From positions 36,892,001-36,956,000 of the forward strand of contig NC_045696.1 in assembly GCF_009834535.1 (NCBI RefSeq): a stretch of DNA of 64,000 bases. Reading direction: 5' to 3'. Positions 26,847-38,343 of this stretch are shown in pieces. The notes under the pieces were generated by a model, which was not told the origin of the DNA, did not search any database, and saw only the letters and a list, made by a program, of their open reading frames with translations. Each line of letters begins with the position of its first letter. The stretch's first letter is position 1. Position numbers and translations under genes: made by a program. This DNA comes from Camelus ferus (lineage: Eukaryota).

Positions 26847-27149
26847 TCTTCACTGTTGTTAAGTGATAAATAGTAAATTAATTAGGTATTGAAGGCAGTA
26901 ATCTAAAAGGGAAGGACATAATATAAAACTGACTTTATGTGGTTGAAAGAGTAGTCTTAGAATTCAAAACATTTAAAAATTAATGTCAAAAAGGATTACT
27001 TTTTAGAACAGATAATTAAACCATTAACCACTTAAAATAAGTAGAAGAAGAATGATTAGAAAGAATTAGGGGAAGTGAATGTGGACACAGGTGAGGCTGG
27101 ATTCTGTTATAGTTATTTCCATGTGGATAAAGCAAGACATTCAATTTTA

Positions 27150-27187
27150 TGTGTGTGTGTATATATATATATATTTTTTTTTTTTTT
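27150..27187. repeat. Compound (GT)n(AT)n(T)n microsatellite
   Basis: Seen directly. Confidence 0.9.
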
Positions 27188-28248
27188 GCTAAAACAAAAA
27201 TACCCCTCACTGTTTAAACTTCTTCACCTGTTGCTTTGAAATAGCCCATATAATGTTTTCTATTTTTTTGTTATTTTTGTTCATCATTTTCCAGAAAATT
27301 CATGATTTGGCATATTAGGAATAACCCAATGTCCTTTCAAAGTGCAGGTATACATGTATCTCCTGATGGATGAAAAGTGCTTTAATATTTATATTTTTGA
27401 GGTTATTTGTCCCAGGCCTATGTTATGAGGCTTCATGAATACACATGAATTATACTTTGAAGCCTAAAAAAAATATAGTTGACCTACCTCAGAGGCATTT
27501 GTGACAGGAAACTTTCTGCCACAGGCTGATGGGTGGTAAACTGAGCAATCTAGATGTTAGTCCTATTTAGTTATCTTCCTAAGAATCTTCTACAGACGTA
27601 ACTATGGTGCATACTATTATATGCCTAGGTACTAATCATTACTAAGTAACAACTTCCTTCAAAATTGTTTTTCTGTATTGTTGGATTGCCACAAATATTT
27701 GATAAGCAATTTATTTTGACACTGTATGATTTATTTCAGGAATTATAAATACAAATTTTTGGTTTTCTCTTGTAATTATTCAAACATTGCATTGTTTTGT
27801 TATAGATAAGGGGCATTTCCTTCAGTAAAGAATACTGAAAAGGAACCTAAAATTAAATAGAAAACCTCTACTTCCACAATCAATTTTTGTGGAGCTTTTG
27901 TTCTTTAATCCGTCTCTATTCACAGAAATTTTGCATAATTATCTGGTTTGAATGCTATGTTTTAAAATTAATTTATTATTGTTACTACTACCCTGAGTAA
28001 CATTGATTTATAGGTACTTTTTATACTTAAAGCCAATTAAATTATATCAGAAACAACTGTTTCTACATGGAGGTATTAGGGGATTTTAGACAACTGTAAT
28101 TGGGAGAATTTCTTGCACCAGATTGATGGTATTGCTGAAAACGTATCTCCATATGATCCATCTCCAATGCAGCCAGAATCACGGGTTTTAAACATCATCA
28201 AAATCCTTTATTTTCTTTCTCATATTTTTATCTAAATTTTTAACTTGG

Positions 28249-28705
28249 TGTGAGCTGGTGTTGAGATGAGTTAAGGCCGTGGGAACCAAGGCCATGATCG
28301 GAGCATTGAGATGAGTTATAGCCGTGGGACCCAAGGCCACGATCAGAGCATTGAGATGAGTTATAGCCGTGGGACCCAAGGCCACGATCAGTATGCAGTA
28401 AATAATTGCTCCACGCATGCATCAATTATATAAGATTTAGAACAAAGAAAATAGAAGTACGCATGTGCTAGATATATTCTGTAAGCCTGATGAACAAAGA
28501 AACTCAGACCGCGCATGTGCTGACAGAAAACAGATAAAAGCAGGACAGGTGCATCATAGGGTGCACCTCCCTGTGGCAATAAAGTGTTGTTAACCCCATG
28601 GTGTCTCCGGCTGAAGTCTGTCCAGCAGTATGGCAACTCCTCGTGCATTTTTTCGTTTGGGCCGCTCACCTCCTAGAACCCCACATCAGCCTCCCTCAGC
28701 TGACA
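28249..28705 (+). mobile_element. Young ERV solo LTR, 457 bp, with 5-bp TSD
   Basis: Inverted termini TGTGAGCTG...CAGCTGACA (8/9 match); TSD CTTGG at 28244-28248 and 28706-28710; GATAAAA at ~28533; AATAAA at 28578; many CpGs retained. Confidence 0.88.
28261..28391 (+). repeat. 45-bp tandem repeat, ~2.9 copies, in the LTR U3 region
   Basis: Units start at 28261, 28306 and 28351: ttgagatgagttatagccgtgggacccaaggccacgatcagagca; copies 2 and 3 are identical over 41 bp. Confidence 0.97.
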
Positions 28706-29225
28706 CTTGGTAATCTTATTTCTTGACTCTTGCAGACAATTTTTCACTGAGCTTTCTTCCAATTAGTTCTAATTACCATTGCAATTTTTTTTTTCTTCTG
28801 TTCTGACCTCATTTCTCCTCCCTCACCAGGTGCTCTTCTGATACAACGTGAACTCTTCATAAGCACTGAGTACCTCTGGGCAAGTTGAGGTAAGCAAAAT
28901 TAGAGTAATTAATTCAAGCTGAAACAACTGTTTTTGCCTGATAGTTCTGAAGAGCTTGTGGGTTTTAAAACCTGTTCAGTCTCAGAAATCAGATTATCCA
29001 CATCATGACACACTACTGAAATGTCAACCTCCTGAAGCATGTGCTGCTCATCATATTCAGAAGAAGACAAGAGGGCATATAAATTAAAATGGAAAAAAAA
29101 AAACATGGTGACCACAGCTGAAATAAATGATGTCTATAAACCAGATAACATATGAATCCCCAAACTTAGGAAATCAGTGATATTATTAGCTGTGAGGCTG
29201 GTGAGGATAAGATCTGGGAAGGGAG

Positions 29226-29596
29226 GTATTATGTACGGAATGTACCCCCAAAATTCATAATGTGGAAGCCCTAACCCTCAGTGTGATGGAATTAGGAGGT
29301 GGAGCATTTGGGAGGTAGTTAGGTACAGATGAGGTAAGGGGTGTGGCATCCTCATGATGAGATGAATGCCCTTGTAAGGAAAGGAATGGGTGTGCGGAGC
29401 CGTTTTCTCTCTACCATGGGAGGATAGAGAGAAAAGGACATGTCTGCAAGCCAGGAGGAGGGCTCTTATTGAAAACTGAATCAGCAGGCACCTTGATCTT
29501 GGACTTTCAAGCCTCCAGAACTGTGAAAAATATTTTTCTGTTGTTTAAACCAGCCTCTATGGTATTTTGATATAGCAGCTCAAGCAGACGAGAACA
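29226..29596 (+). mobile_element. MaLR LTR MLT1A-like
   Basis: 'cccccaaaattcataatgtggaagccctaaccctcagtgtgatgg', 'ggcaccttgatcttggactttcaagcctccagaactgtga'. Confidence 0.85.
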
Positions 29597-30106
29597 GTAA
29601 TAGTCATCTATATCTTTCTAGATGTGGTTAATCTGAAAATGCGATTAGAGTCTTAAGGATGGTCTGTTGTTTCTCTTATTATTAAGTTTCACTTTGAAAA
29701 TATAATGAGGTATTTCTGAAGTCCAGACCATTTCAGTATCTCCAAGACAATGGCTTGTGAAACCTGAGAATCTAGGGACCTGTTTAAACCTGTTGTGTTT
29801 ACATTTGGAAGACAGTCTAAAAAAGTTAGTCACTGATTTGATAGTGACCAAATGACCATGAATGTAGCTATTTTTCAGTCAAGGACTGTCATTGGGTCAT
29901 GATTGTATTGTGAGTTTTGTTGGGTCCAAATGTAATACTTAAATTTTATTAGACAAATGGAAGAAAATTGGATTGGACTAAATATATTAATCACACCTTT
30001 ATTGCTACTGAAGACAAGTCTTAGTGCCCTAAAGTTTTAAAACTTTCATGGGAACTTGGAATATAGAAATGTGATAGGAGCACTGAGTCATCCAGGGAAC
30101 CCAATA

Positions 30107-30702
30107 CAAGTCAGTTCTGTAATGCAACATACGTGTTCTTTAAAATCACTGCTCTATGCAAAATGACAACTTAAAAAATAAAAGGTTTATAGAAAAATTG
30201 AAATTAGGGCCATAACCCTGAAAAACTTTGTCAATGGCATCTAAAAATATAAAAACATAATAAAAATAATAGCATAGTTTTGTACATGAAAAAATGGCTA
30301 AGAAATGTCCAAATATTGCAATAAATATGGTGCTTTACCTTGGAAAAGACCTGAAGCTTGTGTGTGAAAGTGAGCACCAAAGAACTGCAGCTTGGGAGTT
30401 ATTGAGAAGTAGTGGATGGAGGTTTATCTGAAATCAGATGGAAAATTATAATGCCACAGGTGGACTGGTGTGGCTCACAACAAATGAGGTGGAATGAGGT
30501 GGCTGAGAGATGTTTAAAATGCATGCTTTTTATATGCCTACTGGGTTCAATTTATTCAGTCATAGTTCTGTGCATTCACATGTTTCTCATGGAGGTATCC
30601 CATAAGCAAATAAAATTTCTGTATTTCCATTGTTCCCTATTATATCATTCATCTTGAGACAAACCTGCATTTTCAAAATCAGCATTATAGTAGAGCTGAC
30701 TG
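30107..30702. mobile_element. Tigger-family DNA transposon relic (MER82-like)
   Basis: TA-flanked inverted ends 'ta|caagtcagttctg' ... 'tagagctgactg|ta'; ~600 bp. Confidence 0.65.
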
Positions 30703-32189
30703 TATGTGGACAGGCACATATACCATAGTGGCCGTCTGTCCCATATTCATGCTTTGACGTGCAAGCTGGTTTTACCAAAACGGCAAGGTCTATCTCATTA
30801 TATATTAGCAGTAATCTGATTTTGTTTTAAATTTCAATTTTTAAAAAAATGTGTATTGGTTTTTTACTTAGTTGCACAAGACCTACGTGCATGGGTATTT
30901 TAGACTAAGGTGGTTTATTTGTATGTCAACAACACTCTAGTTCAACGGAACTTAGGACTAGAGTTCCAAGATAATTTTTCCCTGTAAAATTCTTATATTT
31001 TCAAGTTTAGGATGTAACATACTAGAGTTTTTGTCATCTGTTCATTCAGATACCGAAATATCCTACTGTGTACCGAACAACTACTCACATTCATAACCTG
31101 GTAGATTTAAGTAATATTCGTTCATTGCAAAATACATCACCCTCCATCTTCCATTTCCCTCTGTTTTGGTTTTCAACTAGCCCATAAGTATTAAAAAGGA
31201 AAAATAAAGGAGAGGAAGATATGAGGATGTTTTACAGATGGCTGTGTTCAAATGTACAATTTCTAGAAGTTAGAGATTGTGCTTTGTGTTTTTAATATTC
31301 TTTTTGCAAATGTTAGACTAAACATTAATCTATTCTCTAAGAACATATGTAGGATTTCTGGAAAGAATATTAATTACTAAAGTCCAAAAAGGTACCAAGA
31401 AGGATTTGGTCTCAAATAGTTAAGGCAGGTACCAAATCCACAAGCATTTTTCCCTGGGGGTAATTATAGAGTCTTTTCTATTTTTCAAAGGGAATTTGAG
31501 AATTAATAACTTCTGGATACTTTGGCAAATACAAATACCTTACCTTCATTTTTCAATATTTCAGTTGAAAAGTATTTCTCGGTTTTGAGTCATCTGTTAT
31601 TATTGCTGTATTTCTCCACTCCATTATTCTCGGAGGAGGTGTGCGTTTTGGATCGATATATATTAAATATCATACATTAAACTGGCCAAGTTTTGTTGAG
31701 TTAAAGCCAATTTTCTAAGGGAAAGTAATTTATCATCTTATATGTGAATTTCTGCTGGGAGGCGGTTGTCGGCAACTATGTTTAACCATCATTGCTGTGA
31801 GCCTGATTTAAACTGTAAACCTGACACTTCAGCATGAACATAACAGTTCTCTGGCATATAAAATTCTTATTTGTACTGCTCTTATTCTCCTGAAAATTAA
31901 AAATTGCAAAGCATTCTCTCTTCTTCCTTCCCTTTCTCCCTTGCTCCCTCTCTTCTTCCCTCCTTCTTTCATTGGCCCCTCTATCCCAGCATATAGCAAG
32001 ATATAAATATTTTTGTATATGCTCTAATAGAATAATTCTCACATACTGTTAATAGAAAAAATAAACATGCTAAATTATATATAAATGTATATATACATAT
32101 AAACCTAGTTTGTCTATTTAGGCTACTTTAATGAAAACTCAGTATAAATTTTTTAGGCTGTTTTAAGTTAAGGCAGACCTTAGAGGAAA

Positions 32190-32790
32190 GACATTCATTA
32201 AACAAAAAATTACAGGTGCACTAAATCCAAAGTAAAAATGGATGCTAGAGTCAAAAATCACATTCTTGGAAGAAGGGTGGTTGGGGAAAGCTGAGACAGG
32301 AAACATAAATACTAGTTTGTTAGCTTAAGCAGAAGTGAGGCAGAAGTCAAGCAGATACATTTCTTGCAGATAGAAAAGTATGTATGTATGTCCTTGGTAG
32401 GGAAATGGTATAGGCAGAAGAACTGACAGAAATTCATGATAGCTGAAGTGTAGAGAGTTTTCATACGAGTGACATCAAGCAAAGCTGAAGAGGGGAGGGA
32501 GCATCGAATAAGGCACGGTTTTAAAGTCCAAGGAAGAAGTTTGGTCTTTATTTTGAGGGCAATGAAAAACAATCAAAAGGATTTTAGTTGGTGATTGATA
32601 TGGCCAGATGTATGTCATAAAATAACAAAAACAGATGGGTAAATAAAGTGAGGAGGTGGGAATAACATTTAACAAGCTATTGCATTAAGAAAATATGACT
32701 GATCTGATCACGATACACCCCTGTAGCTTTCTATGATGTTAAGAGAGCACTGTGACTCTAACTCATGGAACAGCTATGGAGATGGAGAGT
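32190..32790. mobile_element. L2 fragment
   Basis: Purine-rich L2-like text 'aaggaagaagtttggtctttattttgagggcaatg...ggattttagttggtgattgatatggccagatg'. Confidence 0.6.
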
Positions 32791-34519
32791 ACTAGACCGA
32801 TAATTTGCTTTTAGGTCGGGACTTGGGAGCTGTCCCTTGTATTGTAGGAAAGATGACACTCTCTCTTAATGGTATATCAGAGATGATACGTGGAGACACT
32901 AAGATGTGAAGGAAAACCCTCAAACATCTGGGAAAAGAGATGCAAAGGAAAATCCCAAAATACCTGGGAGACTATTTCCTGGAAAATTAGTTGTTCAAAA
33001 CCTGTCGATCTTACCCGCACCCTGGGGGTTGATGCGTGCTAATATATAGATATAGTATAGATGCACTTTAGATGCATTATAATGAAGCACTGACTCGCAG
33101 CTTCATTTTGAATTGGGGGTTGATATCTGCTTGTTGAAAGAGGCCAGTTTGCTGTGAAGTTACTAAGGTGTAACTATTTCTCGCTAGTACCATGAGATTT
33201 ACTGGTCTATTGTATAAAAAAGCTAGTGATCAGAAAAAGCTCTTCATTTTACAGACATAGGAAGGAAACATACAATTTTGTTTTACCAAGACAAATTATA
33301 CTGATTTTTAATTTCTTAAATAGATTATGAACCAACATCAAATCGAGATGAATATATCCATAAGATTCAAGCCATTTCCATATAATCATCATGTCAGACA
33401 TTACCTAAGAGAGTAACAACCTGCTTACAAGTTTACTTCTCAGATATATTACTATTTTAAATGCAGAAATGCAGATGAAACTAAAATTTTTTAATGGTCC
33501 ATTCTATGTTTTCCATTTACCTTCTCATCAAATTATTCTGACTATGGATTATTCTGTTGGTCACCTGTTTGAATTTAAAATGCATAACTGTAATTAAAAC
33601 TGAGTGAAAGTTTATATTGACACTCATGGAAAAATTCTTAGTAAGGTTTTTATGGAGAGGTAAGATGATTCAGTTTGGAAATTGAGCACAGGAGTAAGGA
33701 GAGGTATGAACACAAAGGCTTTGTGCTGGGTACCAGCGATTACTGGATTCACAGAAGTCAGACCAAAGTGGAAAGAAAGGAATTACTGGGGAAAAGAATG
33801 CCAGGAATCAATATGATAAATCTTATTACTAGTCAAATCATAGAATATGTAGTCCTAGTGTAATTGTAATTTTGAAAGTCAGGATGTTCAAGCTGAAGCA
33901 TGAGGAAGACTATCCTGAAAATAAAGGAAGAGAGCACAGTAAAGCAGAATAATTAAAAGGAGTTTTTGATTAGCTGCGGTCATGAGGGAAGGTCACTGAT
34001 AAGACAGTCTGGATTAAAACTAGTCAAACATCGCACAGAATGGATTTTGTGTGAACAGGAATAGAACCTGATGGAACCTAGATGGCTTGGCCCCCTGCAT
34101 GATCCTGTTCCCTGAACAGCTGCAAGAATATATTGTTCTCAAGCCTGTATTTAAATGTCATGGTGAAAATATCAAAATTTTTGCCAAATTGTTATGATGA
34201 ATCCTATTTTTCCCCCCCTTAAGTATTTGTTTCCCTACCTTGTGAAGATAATTTGATTTTGGATCCATAGAACACACAAGGCAGCTCAGGAGAGACTCCT
34301 GAAACCAGCAAGCGTGTAGTTTAGAGGCCAGTTACATTGTGAATTTCCCCAAGTATTAAGATAATGTAAATGTTTGGGTCTCTGGAACTGTTTCTTGCAG
34401 CTATTTTAATATACAAAATATTACCATATAGAGATAACATTTTGACTATCTGTATCTTCAAAAACCGTAGGTGCTAGGCATTCCACAGTGACCTAAGCAT
34501 GCATGGTCAAGGATAATTC

Positions 34520-35420
34520 TAGAAAAATAAACTTTAGTTAAAACAGGGTAATGGGTCCTGCGTGGAATGTTCATGGGAAGCTTGGGTTGTCCTTAACGCT
34601 GAGATGTGAATTTGAGGGAGCCAGCCATATAAGTGAGTGAGTCCCAAGCCAGGGGTGGGAGCACTTCATGCAGAGGCCAAAGACTTGTTGGAATCTGGCA
34701 ATGGCAAAAGGGCCATTTGGCCTAATGGGTTACATGTATAATTGTGAGTATCTTGATGTAAGCTAATAGAATGAAGGTGAAGCTGTGAGACCTTGGAAAA
34801 GTAGGATCATTTAAAGATATGAAACACACCTTGATGTGAGGATTCAATGAGACAGTGTATGTAGACTGTGGCAATGGGCCAAATTTTAGCAGTGACAACT
34901 CCCATAGCTCTCCTCAATGCTCCTAGATGAACAAACCACTTCAGACTGAAGTAGCCTTTTGTGTTAATAACCTTGTTCTTAATTGCATTTCTTTTGTATT
35001 GTTCAAAAGGCAAGTGTCCCTGCCTATGCCTATGTATTTTGATATGAACAAACACTGTCTGACATTAAAAAAAATATTTTGACAGTGGATTAAACATATA
35101 GGAAACGAGGATTTGAGAAAGGACAAGAACATTGACCAGATACCTAGATATCTTCCACAGTGCACTATTTTCTGATAGAAGAAATAAATGAAGACAAGCA
35201 CCTTGTGGGGAAGAGTATGGGGAGTGAAATTTTTGGCTCCGTGAGAGATGCAGATGAACATCTAGGACGAAGGATCTGTGCTGGAGATGTCCACTTCCTC
35301 ACACACCTGATAACTGACGTCATGAGAGTAGAGGAGATGCCTAAGGAGGCAGTGGTGTCTGTTAGAGTAGAAGTTTGAAAACAGAAATTTGAGATGCAAC
35401 GTAGAGTCGTCTTTGTGACA
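34520..35420. mobile_element. L2 fragments
   Basis: 'gctgagatgtgaatttgagggagccagccat', 'gagatgcagatgaacatctagg...ggatctgtgctggagatg...catgagagtagaggagatgcctaagg'. Confidence 0.5.
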
Positions 35421-36705
35421 AGCCAGAGGAACTGACAGAGAGAGGGAAATGCAGTCTGAAGGGAGTGTATTTCTGGGAGGGAGTTGCCCACAGGGTTTAT
35501 TTAGTAAAGCTGTAAGGTCAAGTAAACTGAGGAGAAATAGGTAGTTTTTGTTTTCAGCAGGGCGAGTTATAAAAACTATTTTTTTTAAATTATAGTATAG
35601 TTCAGTCACATTTGTGTTTCTCTGTTCTTAATAAAAGACCTTGAATTTGAAAAACTTGGGGAACTTTTCTCTGCATAATTTTCTTAGGTGTATTTGGTAC
35701 CTGATGGGTTTGCAAAAATTATACTTACTGAAAAATGAAGTAATTAGTTCAATAATTTAATAAAATTCTAGATTTGGAAGAACTGTCATAGAATATTTTT
35801 ACAAATAAAATATCTGCTCTCCACGTATCTTAATTTTTTTTAATCATTTGAAAGTAAATGACATTTAAGGATGTTGTAAGTAATTTAAACATGTAAAGAT
35901 AGAACCGTATGAATTATTACTATGGTAACTATGCCTTCTATATGTGTATTAGGTATCTTGGTTTTTAAAAAAGGTAACAAATGATGAGATACACGAGCCT
36001 TTTGTGAGTTTTACTTCTCTTTCTTAAAGTGGTCAAACATTACCTTCTCTGTAAAAGATTCCCTCTCTGCCATCTTCTTGATGGAATAAATCACTCTGCC
36101 TTTGCACCCATACTGTAACTGGGGCCCAGTGAGTATAAATTTTAACAGCACTTTAGGTGATGGTGTCTGTTAACTAGGTCTTATGCCTGAAGTTTTATTC
36201 CTCTGTGTCACCAGTGCCTAGCTTATGGCTTGGTATATAGTAACAGCTCAAAGAATGTTTATAAACTACTGAAATAATTTTCTTGCAGAATATAGATTAT
36301 AGAAATAGAGGCGATTTTAGATTCTTTAAAGAAAATGAAGCATTTTCTAGGTAACAATTGTGACAGCCTAAGGTAATAAATGCCTTGCTCAAAAATTAGT
36401 TCCTCATCAAAGAAGTGTCTTCATCATCATATTTTAACATGGAAATACATGTACAAAAATAGTAACATTAGTACAATTACTGTATTTTATTTTAAAAAGC
36501 AAAAAAGAGGCCAACATAGCATTTTCAAATGACAGGGTGAAAAAGAATACTAGAATATATAAACTAGAGAAAGACAAAGCTCCCAGTGAGGAAGCATTCT
36601 TTCCAAGTGAGGTGTACATGCACCCCATTGAGGGGGTGGGTCTCAGGTATGCTTATCTATAAAAATATTTGAAGAGGTTTAGAAATGCGTTTTGTGTTTC
36701 ATATA

Positions 36706-37096
36706 CATAGTTCCCTTGAACAACATGACTGTGAACTGTACAGGTCCACTTATAAGTGGAATTTTTTTTTCAATAAATGTTAGAAAAACTTTTGGAGATT
36801 TATGACAATTTTTAAAAAAGCTTACAGAAGACCATGTAGCCTAGAAATACTGATAAATACAGTACAACACTGTAAATGTTTTTTCTCTTCCTTTTATGAC
36901 TTTTTAAAATAACATTTTATTTTCCATAGCTTATTATAAGAATAGAATGTGTAATACATAAACAGAACATGTGTTAATCAATTGTTGATATTATCAGTAA
37001 GGCTTAAGGTCAAGAGTGAGATATTAGTAGTTAAGTTTGGGGCTAAGTCAAAAGTTATAGGCAGATTTTCAACTGGTCAGGGTCAAGGGTCAACTA
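36706..37096. mobile_element. Tigger2a/MER28-like DNA transposon
   Basis: Ends 'cccttgaacaacatgactgtgaactg...ggtccacttata' and 'tcaagggtcaact'; followed by a TA-rich microsatellite. Confidence 0.8.
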
Positions 37097-38194
37097 TATA
37101 TATGTACATATATATTTACACATACCTATATGCATATATATATATGATATAAAGAATATTTCAAAACAAAAATATTCAAACAAAAATACTTTCATATAAT
37201 ATGAAAAGAAAACATGCTTTATAATCATGTAAATAAAGTATTCATTTTTTCTAAATGCAGTACATATGAGTTAGAGCACTGGCTTTTCAGAAACCAAATT
37301 AAGCAGCCTTCCTCTGAGTTATGACTAGAGACAATATGCCATTCATCTTCGTAAGAGTAGAAAAATTTCATCTGTGGGGAGAATGTATAACATACAGTAA
37401 TTCATTTAGGATCGGAGGGAATGTCTACATCTGTCTGCTGTGAGAATTTATTTACACATAATCATAAAATCTAAAAATTAAGAGGACTTTGGGATATACA
37501 TTCTAACCTTATACTAGACATTTGAATTTACAGAATAAGATTTTTAACAGTTTTTTTCCTTTCCTTGAACCAATGCTAATGGATTCCTTAATTGTTATAG
37601 AGTTTTATTATGTCTTTGATGGGTTCAAATTATTGAAAAAGATCTTCATAGTAAGCCAAATGAAGTCTGCGTATAATATTTCTTTTTATTTTTATTTCTT
37701 AGTCATGCATAGGAAAATCAAGTATCTCTTTCAAAATGACACTTTAAATATTTGAATGTGGTTATTGTGTAATCTCTAAATTTCCACTTCAATAAGGAAA
37801 ATCTTATTTCCTTCAGGTATATCTGTTGTTAGATATTATTATTTTACATCCGTATTTTTATCATCATCCCCTCATATATTTCCATTGTGTCTATATCCTT
37901 ACTAAATTGTAAAATCCATCACTGAGTAAAGTACTCTAAATGTGTTTTAAGTAACTCAGAAATTACAGTAACTCATTTGAGGTACTCATTTATTTAACAG
38001 CTATTCACTGAGCACTATTTATATGTGAGAAGCAGTTTGCAGTTGTCAGGCTAGTCAGTGGCCCTGTCATCATGGAGCCCACTGCCTGGGGGTACTCTAC
38101 TCACTGCAAGTCTTCCCACGATATTCCAGAGGCACCTCATACAACTCAATTTTGTGTCTCCCTTCCTGATGCCATTTTTAGTCGTATTCTATTA

Positions 38195-38343
38195 ATAGCT
38201 TGAAACTGACCATGAAGGGAGTTTTCATACCATAGAAATCAGTGAATACCACGTATAAATATTTTACTTTGTTGTTTATTTGTTTGGCTTGGTTTTGTTT
38301 TGTTTTAGAGAGCTGGTTGTTAAACACAAACCAGCAGACCACT
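38195..38343. mobile_element. hAT-Blackjack MER63-like fragment
   Basis: 'tagcttgaaactgaccatgaagggag...ccatagaaatcag' and terminal 'gagagctggttgttaaacacaaaccagcagaccact'. Confidence 0.65.

Noticed and set aside
28261..28391. Direct repeats resembling a CRISPR array
   Set aside because: Head-to-tail 45-bp units with no unique spacers and no cas genes, lying inside a mammalian LTR
28188..28425. Repetitive minus-strand ORFs (ALGPTAITHLN repeats)
   Set aside because: By-product of a 45-bp (multiple of 3) tandem repeat within an LTR
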